Below are positions 12,321-24,093 of a stretch of DNA of 64,000 nucleotides, one piece after another (positions within the stretch are counted from its first letter, which is position 1; every line of letters starts with the position of its first letter). This DNA is from Marsupella aquatica (Eukaryota; Plantae; Marchantiophyta). The position numbers were made by a program, and so were the translations under genes. The notes beneath the pieces are model-generated. The model saw only the letters and a list, made by a program, of their open reading frames with translations, was not told where the DNA came from and did no database searches. The stretch lies in the NCBI GenBank assembly GCA_973895155.1, contig OZ316894.1, forward strand, positions 14,934,699 to 14,998,698, given 5' to 3'.

Positions 12321-14240
12321 GAATCTACTCTAAGGTGACAGCTTGGAGCGGAGATCCCCCTTGCTGATCCTTGGAGTAGAGGAGAGGGGAAGGGTGTGAG
12401 TACAAAAGTAGTCAAGGGGACTACCTCTCTAGAAGTGGAGAGTTGAAACTACTTATGTATGGAGTGATTAGACATTGTAGGCACATTTCAGAAGTTTTGT
12501 CAATCCTTTGTGACCCTGGTATGATATGGAGCAGGTATTAGGTAGTCTTTTGGGGAGAAAAGCCACTTAAGCTCCTTGACAAGTGTCTGACACATTCCAC
12601 CTGAACTAGTCTCTCCTGAAGTCTTTCCCATCATTATGAACTTCCAAATTTTCACTTTTAGTTCTTGGGGGTTTCATTTCCACAAAAATGGCATATCACA
12701 TGCGGCGAAGGATAGAGTCATTTTATTGGTTCTAAGGGAAGACTTAAGATTTTTTACAGAAGAACAATAGAGTCTTTTAAATTCAATTTTGAGATTTATA
12801 AAAATATTAGGGTATTTTTAATCCAATTTTTGGAATATTCCAAGAATATTCCAACTTTATAGGGGTAAAAAATAAAAAACAATCTTACATTTTAGGGGGT
12901 CCAAGGCCTAAAAACGTTGCAGGTGATGGGAGATCCCCATATAGTGAGACCCCCGAGTTTTAGTTATTCCAATGTATAGTTAACTGGTTAAATCCTAAGC
13001 TTTCAACAATCCATTTTCATTTCCAATCTTTTATATGTGCAATTTCCTATTCAACTTTGACCTTGCACATAGTTAATTTAAATTTTCATTAAGTATACTA
13101 ATTCTTTTCCAAGATTTCCTTTCATTCTATTAACAAGCAATTTCAATTCTTTCTCCCAATACCTAATTTATACTAGTTTTGGGGTGCGCTTTCCACTTCC
13201 GCTACTGTGCACCTAACTATATTTTTCTTGTATAACGTTAATGCCACACTATTCCATTTGTCAATTGAAATACTCCCACCACGACTGGCCGATAATTTCT
13301 CCTCGAATCCTTTATAACTATATATAGTTCATGATGAGTAACCTATAGTTCCAACTGAAACATTTTCATGAGCTCAGTCCGTCCCATTGTGGAAAACGTC
13401 ATTGTAACTTAGCATATATAAATAATTATTAACTAACAAATATCATCGTTAGCTTGACAGAGCCCTTCTGAAACTTCCAGACACACAAAATTCAACATCC
13501 CGACTCACTATTCTAACTTTGTAAAAACAACAGCTAAGCAAGACTATCTTTTTTGACTAATCATCTCACTTCTTTATTCACTCAACGTTGGAGTACGTGC
13601 AACCTTTTGGTAACATTAGTTGCGTCTTGCATAGCCACATCAACTCCTTTAACATGTTATAATCAAACACCTCTTCTCTGCTCTAGAACAGACTCCCATC
13701 CTCGTTTGTTGTGTTCTATCTCAATTTCCTCTACAACCTCCTCAGCACCCGTCCAATCTACAATGCTACAGGCGCTAGATATTTAGACCTCTGCCATAAG
13801 CATACAACTAGAATTTTTTCCAATTCCTTACTCTGGCTGGGTGGTCTCACAAACACACACGGCCCCTTTCTTGAATTGCTCATCTTCTTGCTGGCTCGAA
13901 GCAAACTGGTTTCCTTTCGCCTTCTTCTTGTATTTGGCTTGTCTCACTAGTCTCCAAATTTCCTTATGGGTCTCACAGTTAATTCTGTATAAGTGGAGAG
14001 TTATGAATCAACAGAATCACTTCCCCTCCTTCTATCTTCACCTCTCCTTTGCTCAACGCTTTGTATTCTGCTTTGCTCAAAGTACTATCACTGGCAATTC
14101 ACTATCCTCACTAAATAAAAACAAAGTCCAGAATTCATTTCTTGATCCAATTACGACTTCATATTGTACTTTCTTTCCCTTACTCCCATTTCTTGATTCT
14201 GGTCCGGGCCACAAGTGTTAGCAGCTTCCTCAATCGACAT

Positions 14241-14258
14241 TCCCCAGTATGGTCGCCA
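14241..14258 (-). promoter_or_regulatory. Primer binding site (tRNA-Arg-like) following an LTR end at 14263
   Basis: The minus strand reads ...GGTTGACA TCTT TGGCGACCATACTGGGGA, resembling Tat/Ogre-type PBSs complementary to a tRNA-Arg 3' end. Orientation matches gag at 9491. Confidence 0.55.
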
Positions 14259-17200
14259 AAGATGTCAACCGATGGAGTTGACTAGTTGCCAAATCCTTGT
14301 ATTACTTATTCACCATAACTCTTAACTTCCTTAATGTATTTTCTTGTATCAATTAAACATTATATGACTTCAATTTACTTGATTTCTGGTACACCTTTTG
14401 CTTGCTATCCAGCCTTTCCGACAATTAGATAGTGACAACTTGTGCGATTACTCAAGACAATGATCCAACTTTCCTTAGCCACAGACCTTGCCTGTCACCT
14501 GAATTGAAGGTCAAGTTCTATTTACCCTTCAACTAATGTTTCTTCAAAGAGGATTTCACTGCTCATTGTGGTAGGTTCCTCAATTATTAAATCTTCTTCT
14601 TCTATAATTTTCATCCAACTTTCAATTATATGTTTGCATTCACTTGGTGCATTCTGTAGACCAAATGGAATGCATTCAAATTTAAACGACCAATCAAAGG
14701 TAGTTACTTCCATATTCTACTACTTTGGGTCCCTCTTTTACCACATTTCTTATCAATTACTCTTAATTCTAATCTTATAGGGATTTTCTTAAGAGTTTAC
14801 AATCTCAATTTCCACATGCCATACAATTCTTATTTTCCCTTTAACAGGTTCCAACCAAATCCAAATGAATGTTCCATTGTCAAATATCAGTATTTCCAAC
14901 CATCTTCTTTTTACAATTAGCTTCTTAACTTTAACTCTACTGATATACAATAGATACAAGCTATGTAATCGAATACTCCCTGTAGTTCTGCCAGTATGTC
15001 TTGATTGCATCTTTCATTCCATGAACACATCAATTTCTTTACATGGTTGTTCTTCCATGGGCTCCTATCTCTCTACCTTCAGGTCTAGCAAAATCAGCAC
15101 TACCTCTTCCCGGGCTGCCTCTTTAGCTTCCTGATCTTGAAAGTTTCTAAAACAAAAGACCCTATTCACTCCTACTCTGCTACCCTATATCCCTCATACA
15201 TACAGGTTTTTCTTAACTTCTCCTAACTATCAGTAGTTGTAACTGCCAAACTGCTTATTCGGTTTCTGTACCTGTTTTATTCCACTAAAGCTATTGGTTA
15301 ATGGTTATTTGTTCTGCTTGTCTAATAGAACGAGTAATTCTTAACTATTATTTGTTACTTGATAATGCATCTCCGGTTTGGTGGTTCTTCAGTTAATCAT
15401 CCTCTTGATTAATCAGTCAAGATTGATTTCATCCTTTGTTTCCACCGCTCCAAGGTTAAGCGCTTGAATGGCAACCTCCACTTGTTCTACTCTTGTTTCT
15501 CTGGCTTTCCTCTGTTCGGCGGAGCGTTGGGTTGGTTCTCATCTTCTAGAACCCCAATATCTGTTTAGTTTTCTTGCTTCTGTTCACCACAATTCTCACT
15601 GCCCAATATTCATTCATGACGCAAAAACAATCTCTTTCTTGTGTGCTAACTTGCATATGAAACTCATGCCCAATGATTCCAAACAATTGGCAACCTGCTT
15701 CTTCCCACACTTGATAAACAACAATGTTGATTTGCACAAAGAAATTATACTTATATTTTCCTGAACCTACTGGTCGACAAAAATGATTCACTCAATTCCG
15801 CATCACCAATTCTACATTCTGGGTTTCTTTGTTCAGTCTAACTCTGGGAGCACTGGGCCCTAAGGCACACAACTTTCCATCTTCTAATGGGATATCGCAT
15901 CCCTCATAAACTAAGTCGCTACCATACATGCCCCAAATTGCTACAATCATTATTCCAACCAAGCAGATGACTCGAGATTGATCCATCTCTATAAAACTGC
16001 CACTTGACCAAAACTGAACCTTGATTGAATAAAATGAAACTCTGGTCATATTTTTAGGGTTTTTAAATAGTAATTGCCCTAATGACTCAACCTCTACTTC
16101 ATTGTAACTTGATAATTAACCTCAAAATTTCACTAATCTAAATTGCTCAAATCCTGCCATTTCATCATGCCTAGGCCCTCAGATCTCATCGCCGCCCGGG
16201 GCTCCCGATCAGCCAAACCCGGATCGGGCCATAACTCACGCCCCAAGCGTCCGTTGCCCATGGAGTCAACTCCATTGGCCTTGGGCCCAAGAGGAGATCT
16301 CACTCAAGTCCTCAGAACTCAAAGTTTGTCCAAGGGTCTGGATGGTCGACCTTGAGCCCAGCCCCTTTCCCCTTGACCTGACCAGCTGTGGTGCGTCCCA
16401 TGGCTCCCTAAACCCAAGAAACCCCCCTGCACAAGCCGATTCCTGTAGGTTTCGCGGCTTAGCGGCATGGGACGCTGCTATCTCTCTTCTACTAACATTT
16501 TACACACATATACTGGACAGATCGTTCATTGGGTCATGAGATACGTAGCCGACCTATTCTATGCCTTCCCTTATATTCCTCTCCTTATCTTCTTCAGGTA
16601 TGTTTGGATTCCGCCGCCGGAATGATCCCCAACTAGCTTGGGTTAGCCACTAAGACCTCTCTCAGCTTGACACATCCAACTCTTACTACCTTGCTTACTT
16701 CCTTCTCTCTTGGTTGATGTGGGCAATCTTCAAACAAGTTAATGCGACACACAAATAGCAAAATGACTCCTTCTGATTGAGTTATACCATGCACTTGCCA
16801 TACAAACAGTACTTCTCATACACAAGATTTGCAAACTAAGCCGTGAGGCCAACTCTATTCATCTCTTAGACATGAGGAAACATGAATATACACAAGGGTC
16901 ACTGTATAACTAACCGAGAGTTTCTTTTAACTACTTGATCCCAGCCCTGCTGGTGCACTAAAAACTTGCTAAAGAAGAAGGCCCTGAACTCCTCGCTGCC
17001 CAGGTACTTATCCTGGCAGTGGATCGATCCGCCTAATTCCTTGCAGCGTAAGCCTAATCTATCCTAACTGTAATCTACCTATGTACAGTGAGGCAAGAGC
17101 ACAAGTGTTGCTTTTACCAGTAGATCTGCAATCCCACTAATCTAAGTGTCAGGGCCACCTCCTGGTCCTAATCCTAATTCTAAACTTGGAGATTTGAGCC

Positions 17201-20200
17201 CGCCCTACCCACTCACGCCTCCTACCTCCACGTCCGCCCTTTTTAAAAGGGACGGTGCCCTTACACCGTCACGACACCAGTGGCTAGTCCTCAATGGACG
17301 CCCCCGATCCTTCCTCGGTAGTCAATGTGGGCCTTCCGTTCTCGGACAGGTTATCCGCTCCTGACCTGGTCAACCCTTTTTTGGCGTGTCCGAGCCCCAC
17401 CACTACCTCGGCCTCAACTTCCTTGGCTTATGCTTTCCAGGCTTCCACCAACCTGGCTTCAGCCTGCCCGACTTCTATCTGTGGGGGTCCCACCCCTGCG
17501 GCTCCTATTTTCTCCTTCCCGGCATCGGCTACCTTGCCGTAGTGGTCCTCCTCATAGGCTTGTTCTATGAGGCGGGTTGTCTCGTCCTCCCAAGGTTGTG
17601 GTTGATGCCAATCAATGGCTGGCAACCTTGGGCCGGTGCCTGTCATGGCCTCCCCCAACCGGTCTTCTTGGCCTACCTCTCGAACTGCTTCCTTGACGGC
17701 TACAACCTTGCATAAGGCTGGTGCCATGCTCTCTACCTCAGCCACAGTGGCCTGGCAAACGGTGTGGCTCCCTGACCCAGAAGGCTCTTGCTTTTTGTCC
17801 TTCCCCACCCAAACAGCTGGTGCCTTCCCTTGCTGCTTTCTTCCGGCAAGGGTGAGGGTACCATGGCTTGTCGCTTGGTTAGTACCACGCCCTGCGACTC
17901 TATTGCCGCTATCGGGGGTCCACTTGTTGCGGCCAGCCGATTTAGCTCCTTGGACTGCTTCTTCAACCGCTCAGTTTGGTTGTCCGCCCGCCTCTGCAGA
18001 TTCTCTATCCTCTGGTTGGCTTCCTCTAGGTCCACGAGGGCTTCGTCTAAATCCCCACGAGCTTGCTCCAACTCTGCTAGGTTGTCGTCCAACTCCTTCT
18101 GTAAGGCCGCCCTCTCCTCCTGGGTTGCCCTTAGGTCTGTGTTGATCTTATGGACAACATCAAACTTGATTTTATTCATTTTGTCGTAGGTTTGATCGAG
18201 CATGTCATTCTTCTTCCGCAGTTTGGCTTGAAAGTTGGCCGACAGGTCCTCCAGGTCTCCCTTCAACTTGTCGATGCCCCTGTAGGTCTCATCAAGTTTG
18301 GCTTGTTTTTTATGAAGGGCCTTGCGGCATTCTTCAATCTCATCCTTCAGTGCCTGCTCCTTCCTATGGGCCTCGGTCATGGCTTTGTTGCAGGCCGTTA
18401 TGTGAGTTGCTTCTGCCTCCTTCTGTTCCCGCTTCCACTTCTCCTTCTCCTTGAGGGCTCCGGCCAAGTCTTCCTGAGTCTGGGCTAGTTGCCCCTGCAT
18501 GATACTTATTTCATGCTTCCTAACTCGTAGCTTGTCCTGGGCCTGCTTGGCCACCCTTAACTCTCCGGCCTTGGCTTCCTTCTCCCTTAGCCGTCGGATG
18601 ACTTCCTCCTTCTTCATCCTCTCCAAGGCTAGTGCGTCCGTCAATCGGCTTTTCTCCAACATCTCCTTATGGACGAAAGGCCCTGTCTCCAATTCTGCCC
18701 CAAAGATATCGAGGGCGAGTAGCCCGCACATCCTCCCATACTCCAGGGCTTTGGAACGTGCATAGGTAGAGTGGTTAGGAGATGTCGGCATCTCCCAACG
18801 TGGCCTTACCGTCCAAGCCGCCCTTCTTATCTCCTCAACCATGGGCAAGGGCACGACTTGAACCCTTGCCAATTGTTGAATGTTCTCCGGCCATCCACCG
18901 CCTGGCAAGTCCTTCTCCTTGACCAGGGTTGCTTCCTCTAGGTCCATGAATCGCTGTTGCGACTCTTGATCGGCCTGTTGTCTTTCGTCAAACATTGGTG
19001 GAGGTACGTTTGGTGGGGGAGACTTTGGGCTCCCCTGCTATTGTGGATCCCCCTGCACCACCCTTGGTAGTCTGGGAATAAAACGGCCGCAGGTCCGCAC
19101 TCCTGGTACCGAGCAATCCAACCCGTAACCCAAGTCCTTGTGGTATTCCTCCTCGTAATCCCCATCCTCCGGGCGTCCTGGTGCCTGTCGGTCCTCTCTA
19201 GGACTAGCCATAAACCCGACCTCCTGCCAGGGATTATACCGGCGTGTGGCTTGCTCTTCTGGCTTACGTACCTGACTTCCGCACTCCTTTTCGGGATTGG
19301 GAACCCTGGGTCCTAACTCCTCTGAGTCACTAGAGGCTCCCACATACCTCCGCACCCCCGGCTCGTGTTCCGGCCTCCTTCTTTCTTTGGCTCTGGTAAA
19401 GGGGTTTTCCCTTGTCATTTTTCTGGTGCCCGTTGTTGCTACCTTTGGTACTAGAGCCGCCTTCTCCTTGGTCAGTACATGCAAGAGGCTCTACATGGCC
19501 GGTTGTTGCATTGGCCCAGCTTTTGGCACCTGTTGGAAGACCTGAGCTATCATGGGACTGCCTGGTGGGTTGGGCTGCTTTGCTGCCGCTCTCGGGTCTG
19601 ATTCCTCTTCTGGCGCTCTAGCCTGCAGGGGAAGAATTGGGGCAAAGATTTGACTTTGGGCATACCGGCATAACAACAGCATGTGATAACCAAGCCAAGA
19701 TACGCTTCCTTGGCTAGTCACAAGGTGTTCCTCCTTTAATATCTTTCTGAGTTGGTTGAGGAGGTACCCATTGTAATCCTGACTTGGGTCTGGCCTCTCT
19801 GCCAGGTAAACCTGTGCTTTGCCAAACTCCGGCCTTGGCCAGTTGCAATGCATCGTTACCCGGAAGAAATCAATCATTTCTCCAATATGCGGGTTGGTGC
19901 AGGTGCTCCTGAGGAAGCCATTTTTCAATGACGGTCCGGGGATTTGATCTAAACTCCTTGTCTGGCAAGTTCTTCCGGGTTTCTACCTTAGCTTTGTTGC
20001 CCTTGGGCAAGCCAAACACTCCGGCAATCACGTTGGAGGTGAGAAAGAAGTCCCTCCCATAGATCTTTGTGGAGCTGGTCTCGTGGTCCCATGATCCCAC
20101 GAATTCCAGTAAGTCCAATTTTGGCACCTCCTTCTTCAGCCATGACAATCTTACAAAGCTCTCCAAGCCTGATCCGACCATGAAGCCCTGGTACTTCTTG

Positions 20201-21378
20201 GTCTGCATGGCCATAAAGCATGCATCCTCCTCTTGTGCAAAATGTAGTTGTATCGCCAGTGGTATCATTGTCGCCCATCCCTTCTAGGTGTTGTCTTGGG
20301 TAGGGACGACATTGACTAGGTTGACTTCTTGTTCCTCGGGTTCCTTCTCCCTTTGCTTCCCTTGTTCGGCTGGCTTCCTTGATACTGCCAACCTCGTCCT
20401 CTTGGCCGGTGTGTTTTCTTCATTGTTGGTCATCTTCCTCCTAATTTTAGCGGCACCTGAAGATTCTCCCAATACTGTTGTCACGTCGTCAGCCTAGGCC
20501 TTAACCTGGGCTTCGGCTTAGACAGGCACATCCTTCGTCAAAATGAGGGTTCGGGCAGGGAGGGAGGCACGGAATGCACCTAACTCACGTAAACTAGCGC
20601 TAAGTGCGCCTATTGTCATATACAAATACCTCTTAGGTATGGTTTGTGTTCCGCCGCCGAAACGTACCTCAGTCAATAGCAGGATCGACCCTGGCTTACA
20701 GGCTTCTAAGCCTTCGTGTTTTCCGCCTTTGATCCGGATTTGATGGTATGGGTACTCAACCCGGGTTCGCAACCACTTACCCGCAAGCTGCACCCCGTGC
20801 ATGACTAGGGTAGTGCGTTCGGCCAAGCATTGCCACCTATACACGAGATTCACACATATACATACGCACAAGCATACAATCTCAATTTACACGAAGGAAA
20901 TAATGGGAAAGGATTTTACTACATAGGAGATATATGCGTACACTTAGTTGACCCGAAAGCTCTGGAATGAACAGGTCCAAGGCCGAGGGTGTACACTACA
21001 ATGGAGCCCGGCTCCGCACTCGCCCAACGAGCTTAGTCCTACACCCTCCCCTTGGTACTCTTTCACTCCCAGAGGTCGGGACTCCCCGCACATACCGCGG
21101 ATGTCCAACACTGAGACTAAAAATCCCCCCCTTGCCTCTACCGAGGGGTGCACTAAATACTAAGGGCCGAGGAATGGAGTGCCCTCGCGCCCGAAGATTC
21201 GCTAACTAAGGTCCTAACTAAGCTGGCTGTCAGGCCGGAAAATAGCTCGTCTTATTACAAGATCCTAATCTACGCAGGTTGGATAGCATGGCAGTGCTAC
21301 TATAACTAGGGTAGGTGCTTGTCCCTATAGCCTGATTTAGCTATTCCTAACTCTGACTATTTTAATCCTACTCCGCCG

Positions 21379-23987
21379 CTAATGCCTGGCATGCTTGCCA
21401 AAGCCGCCTGAGTGGGAGTGACTATCCCGCTGCCTTCTGAGTCTGTCGACGTCCTGCTTGAGTAGCTGGACCTGGTCCAGTAGAGATTTGTTCTCCCGCT
21501 TCGCCGCGTCCACCTCTTCCGCGGCCTCCTGGCATGCCTCCTCCAGTTGCTGGGTGTTGCTTGTCAACTTATCCACCAACTGGGCCTGTTTCATGACTTC
21601 TCCTTGAAGCCGCGCCACCTCTGCCTTCAGGGTGTCAATCTTGGCTGTGTCCCGTTGAGATCTAGAGTCAGCTTCCTCCAGATCCTTTTGCCAACTGATG
21701 GTTTGTCCCTTCAAACCGTCAATCTTGGTCCGGAGCCATGCGATCTTGGCGTCCTTTCTGAGCCTGGCCTGTTATGCTAAAGCTGCTTGGGCCCTAGCCT
21801 CGGCAACCTGGTCCTCCGTGGCCGTTACCTGAGGCCGTAGTTGCTAGAGTTCAACCTCCAGGGTTGCCACTTTGTCCTTCAGGTAGGCAGACTCAACCCG
21901 ATATCGCTCTATTCTCTACGCTGTCTCTGTCTGCGCATGTCCTGCCCTTATAGCCGCAACCAACTCCTGGTTGAAGAAGTAGGCCACCCTCCAAGCCATG
22001 TATTCCCTGGTGTCCCGAGAGATTTGTTGCGAGAAATCTCCCAACAACCCGTTCAGAAATGTGCCCGACGCAAAGAGTTCCGGATGGTCTAGACTGTGTC
22101 CATCTGGATTCGGGCACGGGCAGACTCCAACCCGTGCGGGAGTAGGAGTGGACACATCCAGCCCTTGAGGTAAGTCGGTCGAAGGGGCTGGTTCCACTGG
22201 AGGTGGGCGGTTCTCCTGCACAACCGCGGGGGGTGGCGGAATCTCCTCGGCTACCGTGGCATCTGCTTTGGGTATGGCTTCATCAGGCCTGGCTTTGATT
22301 GCATTGTCCCGATTGATTGCGTCTAAGGTCGCAATAATGTCAATGGGTATGCCTGGCGAGGCGGCAGCGGTGGGTTGCGGGGCCGGGGTAGCAGGGCTTG
22401 CAGTTGCCAAACTTTGGGCCTCGGGCTGCGGTCGCCTCACTTGGGCTGGGAACACCCATTTTGATGGGGTTAGCTCGGGCTCGTTGATACGCGGGAGGCT
22501 CCGGCGGTCGAAACGAGCGTACCACTCAATGATGATTTCGATGTGGCTAGTGAAGTACGCCCTTCCGCCAAGGTACAAAGTCTTTCTTCTCTGCTCCATC
22601 TCCTCGTGGAACTTCTTGACGAAGAAGGACGCCCACTTCCTGGGCCAATAGTTCTCCACCTGGATGACTTGAGCGGCCGATATTTCTCCTCTGGGTTCCA
22701 TCATGTGGAGGGCATACCGCTGGAACTCCAGACGTTCTGCTACCTCCGGGATGAGGCACGTCCTCATTAAGAACCCATTGTCCACTACCCCCTCGGTCGG
22801 GAAGCTAGAGGACTGGTATTTAGCTCCCTTGCCCCTAGGAGCCCGCGACTCTACTCGGTTTATCCCCTCGGGTAAACTGAAAATCATCTTTAGACGTGCC
22901 TCATTGAGACACATCACTCTCCCGTGCGCTCGGGTTTGTTGACGGGCCTCGTCAAAGTTTTGAATGAACTCCGACATATCCTGTCCGTAGTACCTACTTG
23001 AGTTCCAAGGGAGAGAGGCGAGGTGCTCAAACCCTTGGGTCTTCAGATAGCATGCATGCTTGGGGTGGAGGATGTTCTTGTGAACATTGTCCCCCATGCG
23101 ATGCATGGTCAGCTTGGCTACCGCAACCGTGGCCAAAGGCAACCCGAATATGGCTGCGAGCTCCTTCCTCTTCCTACCCCAAGACTGATTCCCGGGGTGA
23201 CTAGAAGAGGGGGACACCTCTCCTTCCTCTCGGTCAGGTGGTGGTAGCGCGACTGCCGTGAGTATTGGTGTCGGGGCCGCTAGAGTTACCGTGTTATCCC
23301 CTTGGGCTTGCTGGAGTGGTGCTGGGTTGTTCGGCGCTTGTTGAGTCGTACCCCGCGGCCGTTGATTCAGAGGAGGGTGAGCCTCCTCGTCTTCAGAGCA
23401 ATATTTATCACATTCACCATGGATCGTACTCGGAGAGGTGGTGGAACCGGTGGTGGGGACCGGCTCGGCTGAGGCCGAGGAGTTGTAGGTGCGGGTACGG
23501 ACACGGGTTGGCCGGCACTGGTCGTTGATGGTAGAGTTGCCATGAAGTTCTGCAAGTGCCGGTGGAGGTTTTCCGAAGCAAGTGAAGACGGCCTTGTCGA
23601 CCGGGTAGTATTGAACTCGCTGTTGATGAGAGCCCGGACCCGAGCGCGGATGTGGTCAAAGTGGTGCCGCTGCAAGTCGATCGTGCCCGGGATATTGAAG
23701 ATCTCATTTGGAAGCCGAAGCAATGCCTCCCAGAAGCCAATGTATTTGCCTCCATCGAAGAAGTACCCTGATACTTCTTCGGGTCGGTAAAGCTCGCTCT
23801 GGGATGGGTAATCAAAGTTAAGGAGATAGTGGTGTCGTCCTGCTAGGCGGATGGCTCTCTCGTATTTGCGTTCAATCTTGTATCGGTGCGGGTTGGCATG
23901 TTTCAATGAGTCGGCCAAGTGCCCTCCGATAGATAGGAACTGAGTCCAGAATCATATGGCCAAACTGGAAAGGATCGTGTGCGACAT
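21379..23987 (-). pseudogene. LTR-embedded accessory ORF (copy B), about 870 codons: unknown N-domain, PF20167-like core, Pro-rich linker, coiled coil
   Basis: ATG at 23987 (MSHTILSSLAI*FW). ORF pieces 23367-23918, 21916-23217 and 21379-21714 are collinear, and the first two read as one frame in the homologous copy at 62898. Confidence 0.85.
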
Positions 23988-24084
23988 TCAGAGGAGATAG
24001 TAGGTGACTAAGGAAAAGCGAGAGAGCCGGGGTCGAAGCTGGCGCGTGGACTGAAGAACTGGTGCATTGCAAAGGATCGGCCCC

Positions 24085-24093
24085 TTTTTATAC
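24085..24093 (-). promoter_or_regulatory. TATA box upstream of the LTR-embedded ORF
   Basis: GGTATAAAAAGGGG lies ~100 bp upstream of the ATG and is conserved as GGTATAAAAGGGG at 62788-62800 in copy E. Confidence 0.6.

Larger units (their letters stand above)
9518..12590 (+). mobile_element. Non-coding LTR-like insertion in the leader of the minus-strand Gypsy element (boundaries approximate)
   Basis: TGTAAGGA at ~9518, TCCTTGACA at ~12580, TATATAAGG at ~11750 and internal sub-repeats. No TSD was found. Confidence 0.3.

Noticed and set aside
12517-12535. tRNA-Met PBS (TGGTATGATATGGAGC)
   Set aside because: Poor match to TGGTATCAGAGC and not preceded by an LTR-terminal CA.
17142-17160. 17147 as the definite end of LTR A (TGTCAGGG; flanks CTAAG vs CAAAG)
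   Set aside because: The TSD match is only 4/5, and it would leave a very short R/U5 with the family U5 motif (~16600) outside. Kept as an unresolved alternative.
17733-18995. Host myosin/SMC-like coiled-coil gene
   Set aside because: It is intronless, disrupted and collinear with the LTR accessory ORF, and it has no motor or ATPase motifs.
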